Positions 10,542-21,099 of a stretch of 64,000 bases of DNA are shown in pieces. The DNA is from an uncultured Mollicutes bacterium (GTDB taxonomy: Bacteria > Bacillota_I > Bacilli_A > RF39 > UBA660). Below the pieces are notes generated by a model, which had not been told where the DNA came from, did no database searches, and saw only the letters and a program-made list of their open reading frames with translations. Within the stretch, counting starts at the first letter, position 1; each line of letters starts with the position of its first letter. The stretch is from contig URRF01000003.1 in the NCBI GenBank assembly GCA_900550145.1, positions 1,973 to 65,972 on the forward strand. The letters run 5' to 3'. The translations under genes and the position numbers were made by a program.

Positions 10542-11438
10542 ATGAATTTGATAATTGGTTCTCATGTTTCTTTTAATAAAAATGAACAGTTATTAGGTAG
10601 TGTAAAAGAGGCGGTTAGTTATAAATCTAATTGTTTTATGTTTTATACTGGTGCACCTCAAAATACAGTTAGAGTTCCTATTAGTATTGAATTAAAAGAA
10701 AAGGCATATAAGTTGATGATGGATAATAAAATTGATGTAGAGAATGTTATAGTTCATGCTCCTTATATAGTTAATTTGGCTAATCCGAAGAATTTTCAGT
10801 TTAATGTTGATTTTTTAAAACAAGAAATTTCTAGATGTGAGTTTCTTGGTATTAAAAAAATGGTTCTTCATCCTGGTAGTCATGTTGGAAATGGCATAGA
10901 ATTTGGTTTAAAAACAATTGTGTCTACGCTTGATGAGGTATTAAATAAGGATAATAGTGTATATATATGTTTAGAAACAATGTCTGGTAAAGGTAGTGAA
11001 TGTGGAGTTAATTTTGATGAACTTAAGTATATTATTGATAATACAAAATATAGTGATAAACTTATGGTATGTTTTGATACTTGTCATATGAATGATTCTG
11101 GATATGATATGAGTAAGTTTGATAATATATTAGATGAATTTGATAATAAAATTGGTTTAGATAAGCTTGGATGCATTCATGTCAATGATTCTAAAAACAA
11201 TATTGGTTCAAAAAAAGATAGACATGCTAATATTGGATATGGTACTATTGGTTTTAATAATTTAATAAATATTATTTATAATAAAAGAGTAGAAAGTATT
11301 CCTAAAATATTAGAAACTCCTTGGTATACTTTTGATAAGGAATCTTATCCTCCTTATAAATTTGAAATAGAAATGATAAGAAATAAAAAATTTAATGAAA
11401 ATTTAGAAGAAAATATAAAAAACTATTATTTACAATAG
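10542..11438 (+). CDS. nfo: Endonuclease IV
   Basis: HAPYIVNLA, HPGSH, LETMSGKG, CFDTCH, HVNDSKN and DRHANIG metal-ligand motifs. Start set at MNLIIGSHVSF (ATG 10542). Confidence 0.9.
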   Translation: MNLIIGSHVSFNKNEQLLGSVKEAVSYKSNCFMFYTGAPQNTVRVPISIELKEKAYKLMMDNKIDVENVIVHAPYIVNLANPKNFQFNVDFLKQEISRCEFLGIKKMVLHPGSHVGNGIEFGLKTIVSTLDEVLNKDNSVYICLETMSGKGSECGVNFDELKYIIDNTKYSDKLMVCFDTCHMNDSGYDMSKFDNILDEFDNKIGLDKLGCIHVNDSKNNIGSKKDRHANIGYGTIGFNNLINIIYNKRVESIPKILETPWYTFDKESYPPYKFEIEMIRNKKFNENLEENIKNYYLQ

Positions 11439-11684
11439 TTTTTCTTTTGCATCTTTATACATTTTTTCTATTTTTGTTAGTGCTATATTATTTATTTTTC
11501 CTTTCAAATCATTTATTATTTTTGTTCCATCTGTTTTATATAGTTCTTCCCATTTACTTTTTATTGTATTATATATTATATTTATTTCTTCATCATTTAG
11601 AGTGATATTCTCTTTATATGCATACATAATGATATGTTTTTTTTCTAATTTATCTATATAATTTTTTAAAATATTATAATACAT
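11430..11684 (-). CDS. Small YqfT-like (DUF2624-like) protein
   Basis: 84 aa, convergent with nfo. As I recall, an 84-aa yqfT lies next to nfo (yqfS) in B. subtilis; the sequence similarity was not verified. Confidence 0.4.
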   Translation of the reverse strand: MYYNILKNYIDKLEKKHIIMYAYKENITLNDEEINIIYNTIKSKWEELYKTDGTKIINDLKGKINNIALTKIEKMYKDAKEKLL

Positions 11685-11807
11685 TTTACACCTCTAATTA
11701 ATTATATGTATAAACATTAAAATAATAACAAAAATAATATTAGAGGTGATATTATAAAGAAATTAAGTGAAATTATAAAAAAAAGATTTAAAATAATCAC
11801 CTATATT

Positions 11808-13766
11808 TTGTTTTTTTTGTTTTTTATTATATTCTTAAGAATAACATATATTACTATATTTAAAAATAAATATTATGAAGAGGAACTTAATAATTTAGTA
11901 TATGCAAGTATAGAAGGTGAAAGTGCACCAAGGGGAAGAATATATGATAGGAATTATAAGTTGTTGGTAGATAATGTTGGTGTTAAGTCCATATATTATA
12001 AGAGAAAAAGTGGAGTAAGTAAAAGTGATGAGATAGAAATAGCAAAAAAATTAACTGAAGTATTAGAACTGGATTATAATAATGTAAAAGAAAGTATGTT
12101 AAAGGATTTGTATTTAATTATAAATGCAGATACAATAAATCAAAAGATTACAGAAGAAGAATGGGAGTTGTTGAAAACTAGAAAAATTACTAATTCTGAT
12201 ATTGAGTTAAAAAAACGTGAGAGAATTACTAAAGAAGAATTGGAAACTATTGATAAGAAACTTGCTTATGTTTATTTTTTGATGAATAATGGTTATTCTT
12301 ATCAAGAAAAACTTATTAAGAAATATGCTACTGATAAAGAATATGCGTTACTTAGTGAAAACTTAGATTTTTATAAAGGTATAATAACTAAGTTGAGTTG
12401 GGAAAGAAAATATTTGTATGGTGATACTTTAAGAGGAATATTTGGAAATGTTTCTAGTGAAAAAGAAGGTGTAACTGAGGATTTTAAGGAATATTATTTA
12501 AAGAAGGGATATAAATTAACAGATAGAGTTGGTTTGAGTGGGTTAGAGTTTCAATATGAAGATTATTTGAAAGGAGAAAAACCAATATATAAAAATGATG
12601 GGACTGGTTTAAAAAAGATTAAAGATGCGGTTAGAGGAAATGATATTGTTTTATCTATAGATATAGATTTACAACTTGAACTTGAAGAGATAATGAAGCG
12701 TGAGATGATAAGAAGTAAAAATGAACCGAATTCAAATTATTTTAATAGAGAATTTGTAGTTATAAGTAAACCGGATACAGGTGAAATATTGTCTCTTGCT
12801 GCAAAAACAATAAATAATAAAAAGGAAATATATGATTATACTGCATATTTACCAACATCTTCTGTTACAGTTGGTTCTGTTATAAAAGGTGCTTCTATTT
12901 CGGTTGGCTATAAAACTGGAGCGATTGATATAGGAACTGTTATGAAAGATGAATGTATTAAACTTGCTAATACTCCTTTAAAATGTTCTTGGTTAAGAAG
13001 TGGACTTGGTATGTTAAATGATGTAGATGCTTTAAGATTGTCTTCTAATTCGTATCAATTCAAAATTGCGATGAAAGTATCTGGTTTTGATTATGTATAT
13101 AATGGTGGATTTTCTTTAATTAATGATCCTTTTAAAATATATAGAAATATGTTTAATTCATATGGTTTGGGTGTAAAAACAGGAATAGACTTACCTAATG
13201 AAAGTACTGGTTTAAAAGGTATGAATGATACACCTGGTCTTATTTTGGATTTTTCAATTGGTCAATATGATACATATACTCCTCTTCAACTTACTCAGTA
13301 TATAAATACAATAGCAAATAATGGTGTTAGGAATAAGTTAAGTTTGTTAAAAGAAGTGCATAAATCGAGTATAAATGATATATCAAATAATATAATATAC
13401 AAAAATGATGTAGAGAAACTAGGAAGTGTTGATTTAGATATTAAGTATATAAAAAGAATACAAGAGGGATTTAAGGCGGTAATGGGTTATAATGGATTAG
13501 GGTTTGGATATATTAATCTTAAATATGAACCGGCTGGGAAAACTGGTACTTCTCAAAGTTTTTATGATAGTGATTCGGATGGGGTAATAGATAAGCAAAC
13601 TATTTCTACTACTTTTGCTGGATTTGCACCTTTTTCAAATCCTGAAATTAGTATAGTTATTGTGTCTCCTGACATATCACATATTTATGGTAGTGAATAC
13701 ATTTCCTCAATAAATATGCGAATATCTTCACAAATTACTGAAAAATACTTTGAAAATTATAAATAA
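11808..13766 (+). CDS. Class B penicillin-binding protein (transpeptidase); true start probably upstream at a non-ATG codon
   Basis: SVIK (SxxK), SSN (SxN) and KTGT motifs plus an N-terminal TM anchor. The frame stays open back to 11751, behind SD AGAGGTGA. Confidence 0.85.
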   Translation: MFFLFFIIFLRITYITIFKNKYYEEELNNLVYASIEGESAPRGRIYDRNYKLLVDNVGVKSIYYKRKSGVSKSDEIEIAKKLTEVLELDYNNVKESMLKDLYLIINADTINQKITEEEWELLKTRKITNSDIELKKRERITKEELETIDKKLAYVYFLMNNGYSYQEKLIKKYATDKEYALLSENLDFYKGIITKLSWERKYLYGDTLRGIFGNVSSEKEGVTEDFKEYYLKKGYKLTDRVGLSGLEFQYEDYLKGEKPIYKNDGTGLKKIKDAVRGNDIVLSIDIDLQLELEEIMKREMIRSKNEPNSNYFNREFVVISKPDTGEILSLAAKTINNKKEIYDYTAYLPTSSVTVGSVIKGASISVGYKTGAIDIGTVMKDECIKLANTPLKCSWLRSGLGMLNDVDALRLSSNSYQFKIAMKVSGFDYVYNGGFSLINDPFKIYRNMFNSYGLGVKTGIDLPNESTGLKGMNDTPGLILDFSIGQYDTYTPLQLTQYINTIANNGVRNKLSLLKEVHKSSINDISNNIIYKNDVEKLGSVDLDIKYIKRIQEGFKAVMGYNGLGFGYINLKYEPAGKTGTSQSFYDSDSDGVIDKQTISTTFAGFAPFSNPEISIVIVSPDISHIYGSEYISSINMRISSQITEKYFENYK

Positions 13767-13804
13767 TTTGCTATAATGTAGTAGTTAAAGAAGGAGTGAA
13801 AACT

Positions 13805-13969
13805 ATGGCAAAAGCTGGAAATAGAGAAAGAATTACATTAGTTTGTACAGAATGTAATGAAGAAAACTATAGAACAATAAAAAATAAAAAAAATAATACT
13901 GAGAGATTAGAATTAAATAAGTATTGTTCTAGATGTAATAAATCAACTAAGCATAAAGAAAAAAAATAA
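13805..13969 (+). CDS. rpmG: 50S ribosomal protein L33
   Basis: 54-aa ORF not in the track: [30 protein letters not shown]...CSRCNK (CxxC...CxxC zinc ribbon), SD AAGGAG. Confidence 0.9.
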   Translation: MAKAGNRERITLVCTECNEENYRTIKNKKNNTERLELNKYCSRCNKSTKHKEKK

Positions 13970-13981
13970 CAGGGGGAAAAT

Positions 13982-14539
13982 ATGGTAAATGTTAATGATG
14001 TTAAGAATGGAATGACTATAGAAGTAGATGGTAATATATTTACTGTATTAGAGTTCCAACATGTGAAACCGGGTAAAGGTGCTGCTATCGTAAAAATGAA
14101 ACTTAAAAATTTAAGGACTGGTGCAATTTACGAACAAACTTTTAATGCAGGTATTAAAGTTGGCAAGGCATTAATTGAAAAGAAAACTATGCAATATTTG
14201 TATAGTAGTGGGGATAATTTTGTGTTTATGGATATGGAAGATTATTCTCAAGTAGAAATTCCTGTTTCTCAAATTGAAGATGAAAGTAAGTATTTAACTG
14301 AAAATAGTGAAGTAGAAATACTTTATTATAACAATGAAATGTTAGGTGTTAACATTCCAGAAAAGGTTGAATTGACAGTTGTTAAGACAGAGCCAGGTTT
14401 AAAGGGAAATACTGCTACAACTGCTACTAAAGAAGCGGTTCTTAATACTGGCTTAACTATTAGAGTTCCATTATTTATTGATGAGGGCGATGTAGTTATT
14501 GTGTCTACTAAAGATGGAAAGTATGTTTCTAGGAAATAA
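13982..14539 (+). CDS. efp: Elongation factor P
   Basis: KPGKGAA loop motif, 185 aa. Confidence 0.95.
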   Translation: MVNVNDVKNGMTIEVDGNIFTVLEFQHVKPGKGAAIVKMKLKNLRTGAIYEQTFNAGIKVGKALIEKKTMQYLYSSGDNFVFMDMEDYSQVEIPVSQIEDESKYLTENSEVEILYYNNEMLGVNIPEKVELTVVKTEPGLKGNTATTATKEAVLNTGLTIRVPLFIDEGDVVIVSTKDGKYVSRK

Positions 14540-14607
14540 TGCTTTCTTTTTTTTGTAATATTTTATAATTATTTTAATAATATATATTAGAAACTGGAGG
14601 AAATACT

Positions 14608-15111
14608 ATGATTAATAAGCAAAAATTATGGTTTTTAACGTTATTTAGTTTGATTTTGGTTCTAAGTATTTATTATATAACAATGCCTAAAGAAGTATTT
14701 GAATCTAAAAAAGAAAATGAAGTGAATAAGGAAAATGATAATAAGGTTAATATTGAAATAAGTGATTCTTCATCTTTAGATGTTTTAAGAGTGTCAGATG
14801 ATGAGGCGAGATTAAAGGAAATTGAGGATTTAAGAATAGTGTTAACTAATGTAGATAGTTCTATTGATGAAAAAAATAAGGCATATGAGAAATTAAAACT
14901 TATTGAACAAAATAAGGGTAAGGAAGAGAGTTTAGAAGATAAAATCAAAAGTGAATTTAATTTAAATTCGTATGTAAAAATAAATAATAATCAAATAAAA
15001 ATTACTGTTGTAGAAAGTAAACATAATTATGAACTTGCTAATAATATTATAAGAAGTATACAAGAAGAGTATAATGAGAAAATGTATATTACAGTTAAGT
15101 TTCAAAGTTAA
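14608..15111 (+). CDS. spoIIIAH: Stage III sporulation protein AH-like
   Basis: N-terminus KQKLWFLTLFSLILVLSIYY closely mirrors the recalled B. subtilis SpoIIIAH start KKQTVWLLTMLSLVVVLSVYY. C-terminal I-ITV...KH...A pattern and location after efp also fit. Confidence 0.65.
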   Translation: MINKQKLWFLTLFSLILVLSIYYITMPKEVFESKKENEVNKENDNKVNIEISDSSSLDVLRVSDDEARLKEIEDLRIVLTNVDSSIDEKNKAYEKLKLIEQNKGKEESLEDKIKSEFNLNSYVKINNNQIKITVVESKHNYELANNIIRSIQEEYNEKMYITVKFQS

Positions 15112-15166
15112 ATATTTTTAATTAAATTGTTAATACTAATAATATAGTCCATGAAATGTAAAGGAG

Positions 15167-16171
15167 ATGTTATTAGTGTTTTTAAAAAAAATTAAAAACA
15201 TACTATTCACCATTCTTCTTATTATTAGTATTATTCCCATTAATTCATTTGCATATTCTGACTATATAATCGCATCAGGACAAAATATTGGTATTAACAT
15301 CAAGAGTAAAGGGATTATGGTAGTTGGATTATATAATGTGGGTGATGTTTCTCCTAGTAAAGATGCTGGGATACAATTAGGTGATTATATAACTAAAATA
15401 GATGGTTATGTAGTTAATGATATAAACTCTATGGTTAATAGAATAACTAATTCAAATGATAAAAATAATGTTAAGATTACTTATTTGAGGGGTAATAATG
15501 AAATAACAACGAATTTAAAATTGATTAAATCAAGTGATGGAATATACAAGACTGGGCTCTATGTTAAGGATACAATAAGTGGTATTGGAACACTTACATT
15601 TATAGATCCAGAAACTAAAATGTATGGTGCATTAGGTCACGAAATTATTGATAAGAATACAGCACTTAAAATAGAAGTGAAAGATGGTAAGATATTTAAA
15701 TCAAAAATAACTGGTATTACTAAAAGTTCAAATGGATATCCGGGCGAGAAAAATGCTACATTTTACTCTGATAATGTGTATGGTTCGATAATTAAAAATA
15801 CATCTAGTGGTATATTTGGTAATTATGATAAAGAAATTAATAATTCAAAGTTATATAAAGTTGCAAATAAGGATGAAATAAAGCTTGGTAGTGCTAAGAT
15901 ATTAACTGTACTTAAAGAAGAGGAAATAGAGGAGTTTAATATTGAAATAATTAAGATAAATAATAATGATAATGGGATAAAAAATATATTATTTAATATA
16001 ACAGATGAAAATATGTTGAAAGCTTGTGGTGGTGTAGTTCAAGGTATGAGTGGTTCACCAATAATTCAGGATGATAAAATAATTGGTGCAGTTACGCACG
16101 TAGTAGTTGATAATCCTACTAAGGGCTATGGTATTTTTATAACTAATATGTTAGAAGAAATGGAAAAATAA
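15167..16171 (+). CDS. spoIVB: SpoIVB signalling serine peptidase (S55)
   Basis: Signal/TM segment, PDZ-like segment (GIQLGDYITKIDG), catalytic GMSGSPI motif. Confidence 0.85.
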   Translation: MLLVFLKKIKNILFTILLIISIIPINSFAYSDYIIASGQNIGINIKSKGIMVVGLYNVGDVSPSKDAGIQLGDYITKIDGYVVNDINSMVNRITNSNDKNNVKITYLRGNNEITTNLKLIKSSDGIYKTGLYVKDTISGIGTLTFIDPETKMYGALGHEIIDKNTALKIEVKDGKIFKSKITGITKSSNGYPGEKNATFYSDNVYGSIIKNTSSGIFGNYDKEINNSKLYKVANKDEIKLGSAKILTVLKEEEIEEFNIEIIKINNNDNGIKNILFNITDENMLKACGGVVQGMSGSPIIQDDKIIGAVTHVVVDNPTKGYGIFITNMLEEMEK

Positions 16172-16244
16172 GAGATTTATTCTCTTATTTTAAGTTGTAA
16201 TTAGTAATCGTTTATTATATACTTATTTTAGGAGTAGGTGACAT

Positions 16245-17537
16245 ATGGAATTTGTAATGTTGAATGAAAAAGAATTTACTGAATTTGAACAAAATCATGA
16301 ATTAGGTAGTTTTTATCAAACTGTTAAATGGGGTAAATTAAAGGAAACAAATGGTTGGCATTATTATTTAGTTGGTGTAAAAGAAAATAAAAAGATTATA
16401 GCTGGGGCTTTAATACTTAAGAAAAATGTTTTATCAAAGTTATCTATTTTGTATTCTCCACGTGGTTTTTTACTTGATTATAATAATCATAAATTATTGA
16501 ATTTTTTTACTAAAAATATTAAGAAGTTTGCAAAAAAGCATCATGCGATATTTGTAAAAATAGATCCTGCTATTATATATAAAGAAAGAAATAAAGATGG
16601 AAATTTAGTTAATAATGGTATAGATAATTCAAATATAATTGATTCTTTAAAGGAACTTGGATTTAAGCATAATGGATTTATAGATGTTGGTAATTTACAA
16701 CCTAGGTTTGCATTTACTCTTGATTTAAATGGTAAAAGTATAGACGAAATATATAATAAAATGGAAACAACTACAAAACAAATGATAAAAAAAGATGAGA
16801 GTTTTGGAATAAAGACAAGAGTTATGAAAAAAGATGAACTTAATAAATTTAAAGATGTTATGGAAAAAACTTCTATAAGAAGAAATTTTATTGATAGACC
16901 ATTAGAGTATTATAAAAATATGCTTGATATATTTAAGGAAGAAATAGAAATTCTTTTTGCTGAAATAAATATAGAGGAGTATTTAAACAATTTGAATAAT
17001 AGAAAAAAAGAAGAAGAGAAAAAACTTGATAATATTAAGGATGATCTTAAAACTAGAAAATTTGCTAATAATAAAAAGGCAAATAATAAGATTAATGAAA
17101 TTCAGATTATAATAGATAGTTTAGATAAAAAGATAAATATTGCGAATAATATGAAAAAGGATGGTAATGTAGTTTTATTAGGTGCACTTATGTTCATTTT
17201 TCATGGTAAGGAAGTATTATCTTTATTTGGTGGTGCATATGGTGAATATAGAGATTTTATGCCTGCATATATGTTAAATTGGGATATGATTAAATATGCA
17301 AAAGAGCATGATTATGCTAAATATAATTTTTATGGTATATCTGATGTATTTAATAATAAAAATGAAAATATGTATGGTTTATTTGAGTTTAAGAAGGGGT
17401 TTGATGGAGTAGTAGAGGAATATATTGGTGAATTTAATTTAATAGTTTCAAAATTTTGGTATTTTGTTTATTCATTTGCTTATAATAAAGTATATGTAAA
17501 ACTTAAAAGTTTAAAAATAAAGAGTCCTAGAAATTAG
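16245..17537 (+). CDS. FemAB-family peptidoglycan interpeptide-bridge aminoacyltransferase
   Basis: 430 aa. Two acyltransferase-like halves separated by a long K/E-rich coiled-coil insert, as in FemA/FemX. Confidence 0.65.
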   Translation: MEFVMLNEKEFTEFEQNHELGSFYQTVKWGKLKETNGWHYYLVGVKENKKIIAGALILKKNVLSKLSILYSPRGFLLDYNNHKLLNFFTKNIKKFAKKHHAIFVKIDPAIIYKERNKDGNLVNNGIDNSNIIDSLKELGFKHNGFIDVGNLQPRFAFTLDLNGKSIDEIYNKMETTTKQMIKKDESFGIKTRVMKKDELNKFKDVMEKTSIRRNFIDRPLEYYKNMLDIFKEEIEILFAEINIEEYLNNLNNRKKEEEKKLDNIKDDLKTRKFANNKKANNKINEIQIIIDSLDKKINIANNMKKDGNVVLLGALMFIFHGKEVLSLFGGAYGEYRDFMPAYMLNWDMIKYAKEHDYAKYNFYGISDVFNNKNENMYGLFEFKKGFDGVVEEYIGEFNLIVSKFWYFVYSFAYNKVYVKLKSLKIKSPRN

Positions 17538-18780
17538 AACTCTTTATTTTTACTGGTTTTCTTGTTGTTTCATCAATGTATTTTAAGTTATTATAATCTT
17601 CTGTATTAATTGGTAATTCTTTTTTTGCTAAGTATTTCTTTAAATAAAATGCTGCAAAATGATAAATAATGGCAAATATAGGTACTCCTATTATCATTCC
17701 AACAAATCCAAATAAATCTCCAAATATAATTATAGAGAATAATACCCAAAATCCAGATATACCTGTATTATTGCCAACAATTTTTGGTTCTATAATATTT
17801 CCTTCAATTTGTTGTAATATTACTATAAGAATTGTAAAATATAATGCCTGCATTGGATTTACCAAAATAATTAGTATAACACTAGGGATCCATCCAATAA
17901 TTGGTCCGAAAAATGGAATTATATTAGTTGTGGCAACAATTAATGAAATTAAAAGAGCATATGGTAATTTAAGAATGAGCATACCTATATAACAAGCAAC
18001 ACCTATAATAATCGAAGTTAATAATTTACCTTTAATAAATCCATTAAATACACTATAACTATATCTTCCACTTTGAAGTATTGAATTACCTTTTTTTATA
18101 CCGAATATTGAATAAATTACTTTTTTAATTTGAGCAATAAATTTTGATTTATTAGCCAAAATATAAATTGAAAATACTAAACCTATAATAAAATCTTTTA
18201 AAAATACATACATGTCATTTAATCCAGTTGTAACACTTTCAAAAATATTTTCCATAGTAGGTAATAATCCTTCTGATATCCAAATTAAAATGGATTTTGA
18301 AGAATCGTTTATCGCTTCATGTACAATATTTTCTATTAGTGGATTAAATTTAAGAATATCTTCAAGCCATAATTCTATATTATTTATGTTTTCCTCACTA
18401 AGAGTATCTATTATACCAATTATGCTATTTATAAGTTTTGGTATTAATACATATAAGATAATAAATAGTATAAAAAACATAATTATTATTGAAAGTGCAA
18501 TACTTATTATTTTTGATAATTTTTTTGTCTTTTCTTTATCAGGGAATTTATTTGATAATAACTTATTAAATCTCTTTTCAAAAAAATTATATATTTGGGT
18601 TAAAAAGAATGCAATAACTATTCCATATAATAATGGTCTAAATATCACCAAAACCTTGCCAATTGATATTATTATTTTGTTAAATCTTAGTATAAAAAAA
18701 TATAATATTATTGAAACTGCTATAACACTAAAAGCAGTTACACCATATGCAATATATTTATTTTTTAATTTTTCTTTCAT
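17527..18780 (-). CDS. AI-2E family (PerM/YtvI-like) integral membrane transporter
   Basis: About 8 TM segments, conserved C-terminal IIPFFGP...QQIEGN...P motif. Start set at MKEKLKN behind SD GGAGGT. Confidence 0.8.
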   Translation of the reverse strand: MKEKLKNKYIAYGVTAFSVIAVSIILYFFILRFNKIIISIGKVLVIFRPLLYGIVIAFFLTQIYNFFEKRFNKLLSNKFPDKEKTKKLSKIISIALSIIIMFFILFIILYVLIPKLINSIIGIIDTLSEENINNIELWLEDILKFNPLIENIVHEAINDSSKSILIWISEGLLPTMENIFESVTTGLNDMYVFLKDFIIGLVFSIYILANKSKFIAQIKKVIYSIFGIKKGNSILQSGRYSYSVFNGFIKGKLLTSIIIGVACYIGMLILKLPYALLISLIVATTNIIPFFGPIIGWIPSVILIILVNPMQALYFTILIVILQQIEGNIIEPKIVGNNTGISGFWVLFSIIIFGDLFGFVGMIIGVPIFAIIYHFAAFYLKKYLAKKELPINTEDYNNLKYIDETTRKPVKIKSSNF

Positions 18781-18782
18781 AA

Positions 18783-18878
18783 TTACCTCCAAAGAAGTGG
18801 GGATATTATTGATATAATTACACTACCCACCATCAATAATAGTGCAATCCATACAAATATTTTCATTCCAGTTTTCAT
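18783..18878 (-). CDS. 31-aa hydrophobic micro-protein upstream of the AI-2E transporter
   Basis: MKTGMKIFVWIALLLMVGSVIISIISPLLWR. SD GAGGTGAG lies 4 nt before the ATG, and the stop lies 2 nt before the transporter ATG. Not in the track. Confidence 0.4.
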   Translation of the reverse strand: MKTGMKIFVWIALLLMVGSVIISIISPLLWR

Positions 18879-18946
18879 AATCTCACCTCGATGTAATTAT
18901 AACATATTAAGTAATAAAATAAAATTATTTTAATATAATTTTATAG

Positions 18947-19573
18947 GTGATGAAAGTGAACAAGCTATTTAAGGTAATGTTAAATGATATAAAAAGAGAA
19001 AAATCAACTTATATTTCTTTAATTGTAGTTGTAATCATTTCTTTGTTTTTTGGTACATTATTTATTACAATATTAAAGGAAGCTGATAAAAAACTTATAG
19101 TGAGTGAAATAACAAATTTTTTTGATACTGTAAATTCAAAAAATTATGTACTATCAAGTAATTTGTTACCAAATTTAGTAAATAACGATGTATTTTTACT
19201 TATTATATTTCTACTTGGATTGTCTATAGTTGGACTTCCGTTTATAGTTTGTATGTTATTTTATAAGGGATTTACACTTGCTTTTACAGTTACAACTTTA
19301 ATATATAATTTTAAGTTTGAGGGTATATTGTTTAGTTTTTTATATATATTTCCTCATTTAATACTTAATTTAATACTTTATTTTATAATGTGTGTGTATG
19401 CTTTCAATTTATCAATAAAAATATTTAAGAATATATTAAATAAGGAAGATTTTAAAATAAAAGATCAATTAAAAAAGTATATTTTAGTATTTATAATTTT
19501 GATATTAACTTTATCTATTTCTTCATTATATGAAACATATATAATACCTTATATAATAAAACTTATTTACTAA
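18947..19573 (+). CDS. spoIIM: Stage II sporulation protein M-like membrane protein
   Basis: About 200 aa and 5 TM segments; size and topology fit SpoIIM. Exact start is ambiguous (GTG/ATG cluster at 18947-18958). Confidence 0.55.
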   Translation: MMKVNKLFKVMLNDIKREKSTYISLIVVVIISLFFGTLFITILKEADKKLIVSEITNFFDTVNSKNYVLSSNLLPNLVNNDVFLLIIFLLGLSIVGLPFIVCMLFYKGFTLAFTVTTLIYNFKFEGILFSFLYIFPHLILNLILYFIMCVYAFNLSIKIFKNILNKEDFKIKDQLKKYILVFIILILTLSISSLYETYIIPYIIKLIY

Positions 19574-19610
19574 TTTCATAAATAAAAGTATAATAATCTT
19601 GGTGATATTT

Positions 19611-20714
19611 ATGAAGGTTGTTATTGGAATGAGTGGCGGAGTTGATTCATCGGTTGCTGCTTATTTATTAAAAAAAGAAGGGTATGAAGTAATTGGATTA
19701 TTTATGAGAAATTGGGATGCTTCTGTAAACAATGACATTTTAGGTAATCCGACATTAAATAACAATATATGCCCACAAGAACAAGATTATAATGATGCTT
19801 TAGCAGTTTCGAATGAATTAGGAATTCCTCTTCATAGGATAGATTTTGTAAAGGAGTATTGGGATTATGTTTTTACTTATTTTCTTGATGAGTTAAAAAA
19901 AGGTAGAACTCCTAACCCTGATATTATGTGTAATAAATATATTAAATTTGATTTATTTATAAAAGAAGCAAAAAGATTAGGTGCTGATTATATTGCTACT
20001 GGTCATTATGCAAGAATAAAAGATGGATATTTGTTAAGAGGTATAGATGATAATAAAGACCAAACTTATTTTTTATCTCAACTTACAAAGGAACAACTTA
20101 AAAATGTATTATTTCCAGTTGGAAATATAGTAAAGGATGAAGTAAGGAAAATTGCTGATGAACTTAAACTTACTACAGCAAAGAAAAAGGATTCAACTGG
20201 TATATGTTTTATTGGAGAAAGAAATTTTAAAAGATTTTTAGAAAATTATTTACCTAATAAAGAAGGAGATATTATAAATATAGAAACAAAACAAGTGTTA
20301 GGAAAGCATATTGGACTTATGTATTATACCATTGGTCAAAGAAGAGGACTTGATGTTGGTGGGACGTCTGATAAGTTATTTGTAGTAGGAAAAAATTTAA
20401 ATAAAAACATACTTTATGTATGTGAAGGAGAAGATAATGAATATTTATTATCAGATTCATGCATTGTTGAACAAGTTAACTTTAATTGTGATTTAAGACC
20501 AACTGAATGTAGTGCTAAGTTTAGATATAGGCAAAAAGATAATCCTGTATCCATAGAATATTTAGATAATGGTGAGTTACTAGTAAGGTATAAAAATGTA
20601 AAGAGTGTTACTCCAGGTCAAGCATGTGTTTTTTATCAAGATGAAAAGTGTTTAGGTGGGGGTATTATTAAAGAAGTAAGAAAAAATAATGAAAAATTAT
20701 GGTATCTATTATAA
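19611..20714 (+). CDS. mnmA: tRNA 2-thiouridine(34) synthase
   Basis: GMSGGVDSSV PP-loop. Start set at MKVVIGMSGG (ATG 19611). Confidence 0.95.
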   Translation: MKVVIGMSGGVDSSVAAYLLKKEGYEVIGLFMRNWDASVNNDILGNPTLNNNICPQEQDYNDALAVSNELGIPLHRIDFVKEYWDYVFTYFLDELKKGRTPNPDIMCNKYIKFDLFIKEAKRLGADYIATGHYARIKDGYLLRGIDDNKDQTYFLSQLTKEQLKNVLFPVGNIVKDEVRKIADELKLTTAKKKDSTGICFIGERNFKRFLENYLPNKEGDIINIETKQVLGKHIGLMYYTIGQRRGLDVGGTSDKLFVVGKNLNKNILYVCEGEDNEYLLSDSCIVEQVNFNCDLRPTECSAKFRYRQKDNPVSIEYLDNGELLVRYKNVKSVTPGQACVFYQDEKCLGGGIIKEVRKNNEKLWYLL

Positions 20715-20737
20715 AAGGTCAAATTAATGACCTTTTT
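20713..20737. terminator. Bidirectional terminator shared by mnmA and the yjcZ-like gene
   Basis: AAAAGGTCA/TGACCTTTT 9-bp stem with A/T runs on both sides. Confidence 0.75.
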
Positions 20738-20867
20738 ACATGCAACTATTTTGGCAACCACAATTTCTTCCACCAAATCCAGGTGTAAATAAGAATAATA
20801 CTATAAATATAATTAAAATAATCCATAGTGCACCACCGCCATTATAGCCATATCCGTATCCGTACAT
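20736..20867 (-). CDS. YjcZ-like tiny sporulation membrane protein
   Basis: 43 aa: MYGYGYGYNGGGALWIILIIFIVLFLF... A Gly/Tyr-rich head plus one TM segment is typical of the YjcZ tiny-TM family. SD GAAAGGA. Not in the track. Confidence 0.6.
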   Translation of the reverse strand: MYGYGYGYNGGGALWIILIIFIVLFLFTPGFGGRNCGCQNSCM

Positions 20868-21041
20868 ACTAAAACACATCCTTTCTAGTTTATAATATTT
20901 ATATTTTGAAAAAATGTATGTTTGTATAACATGTATTTTTAAAATAATAAGAAATGTTTTTTCTTATAATATAAATGTAGGTGAGTGATACTTATTTCAA
21001 AGTTTATTAAAGCTCTTATAAAAAGTGTAAAGTGTTATTAC

Positions 21042-21070
21042 TTGACACTTTTTTATGTTTATGATATTAT
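21042..21070 (+). promoter_or_regulatory. Sigma-A promoter of the 257-aa HTH gene
   Basis: TTGACA, 17-nt spacer, TATTAT, with a TG extension (TGaTATTAT). Confidence 0.6.
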
Positions 21071-21099
21071 TTAGATGTAGAGTAGTGGAGGTATTTGTT

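Noticed and set aside
17669-18817. + strand ORFs 17669-17992 and 18212-18817 opposite the AI-2E transporter.
   Set aside because: Antisense shadow ORFs of a well-supported membrane protein gene, with no SD and composition-driven translations.
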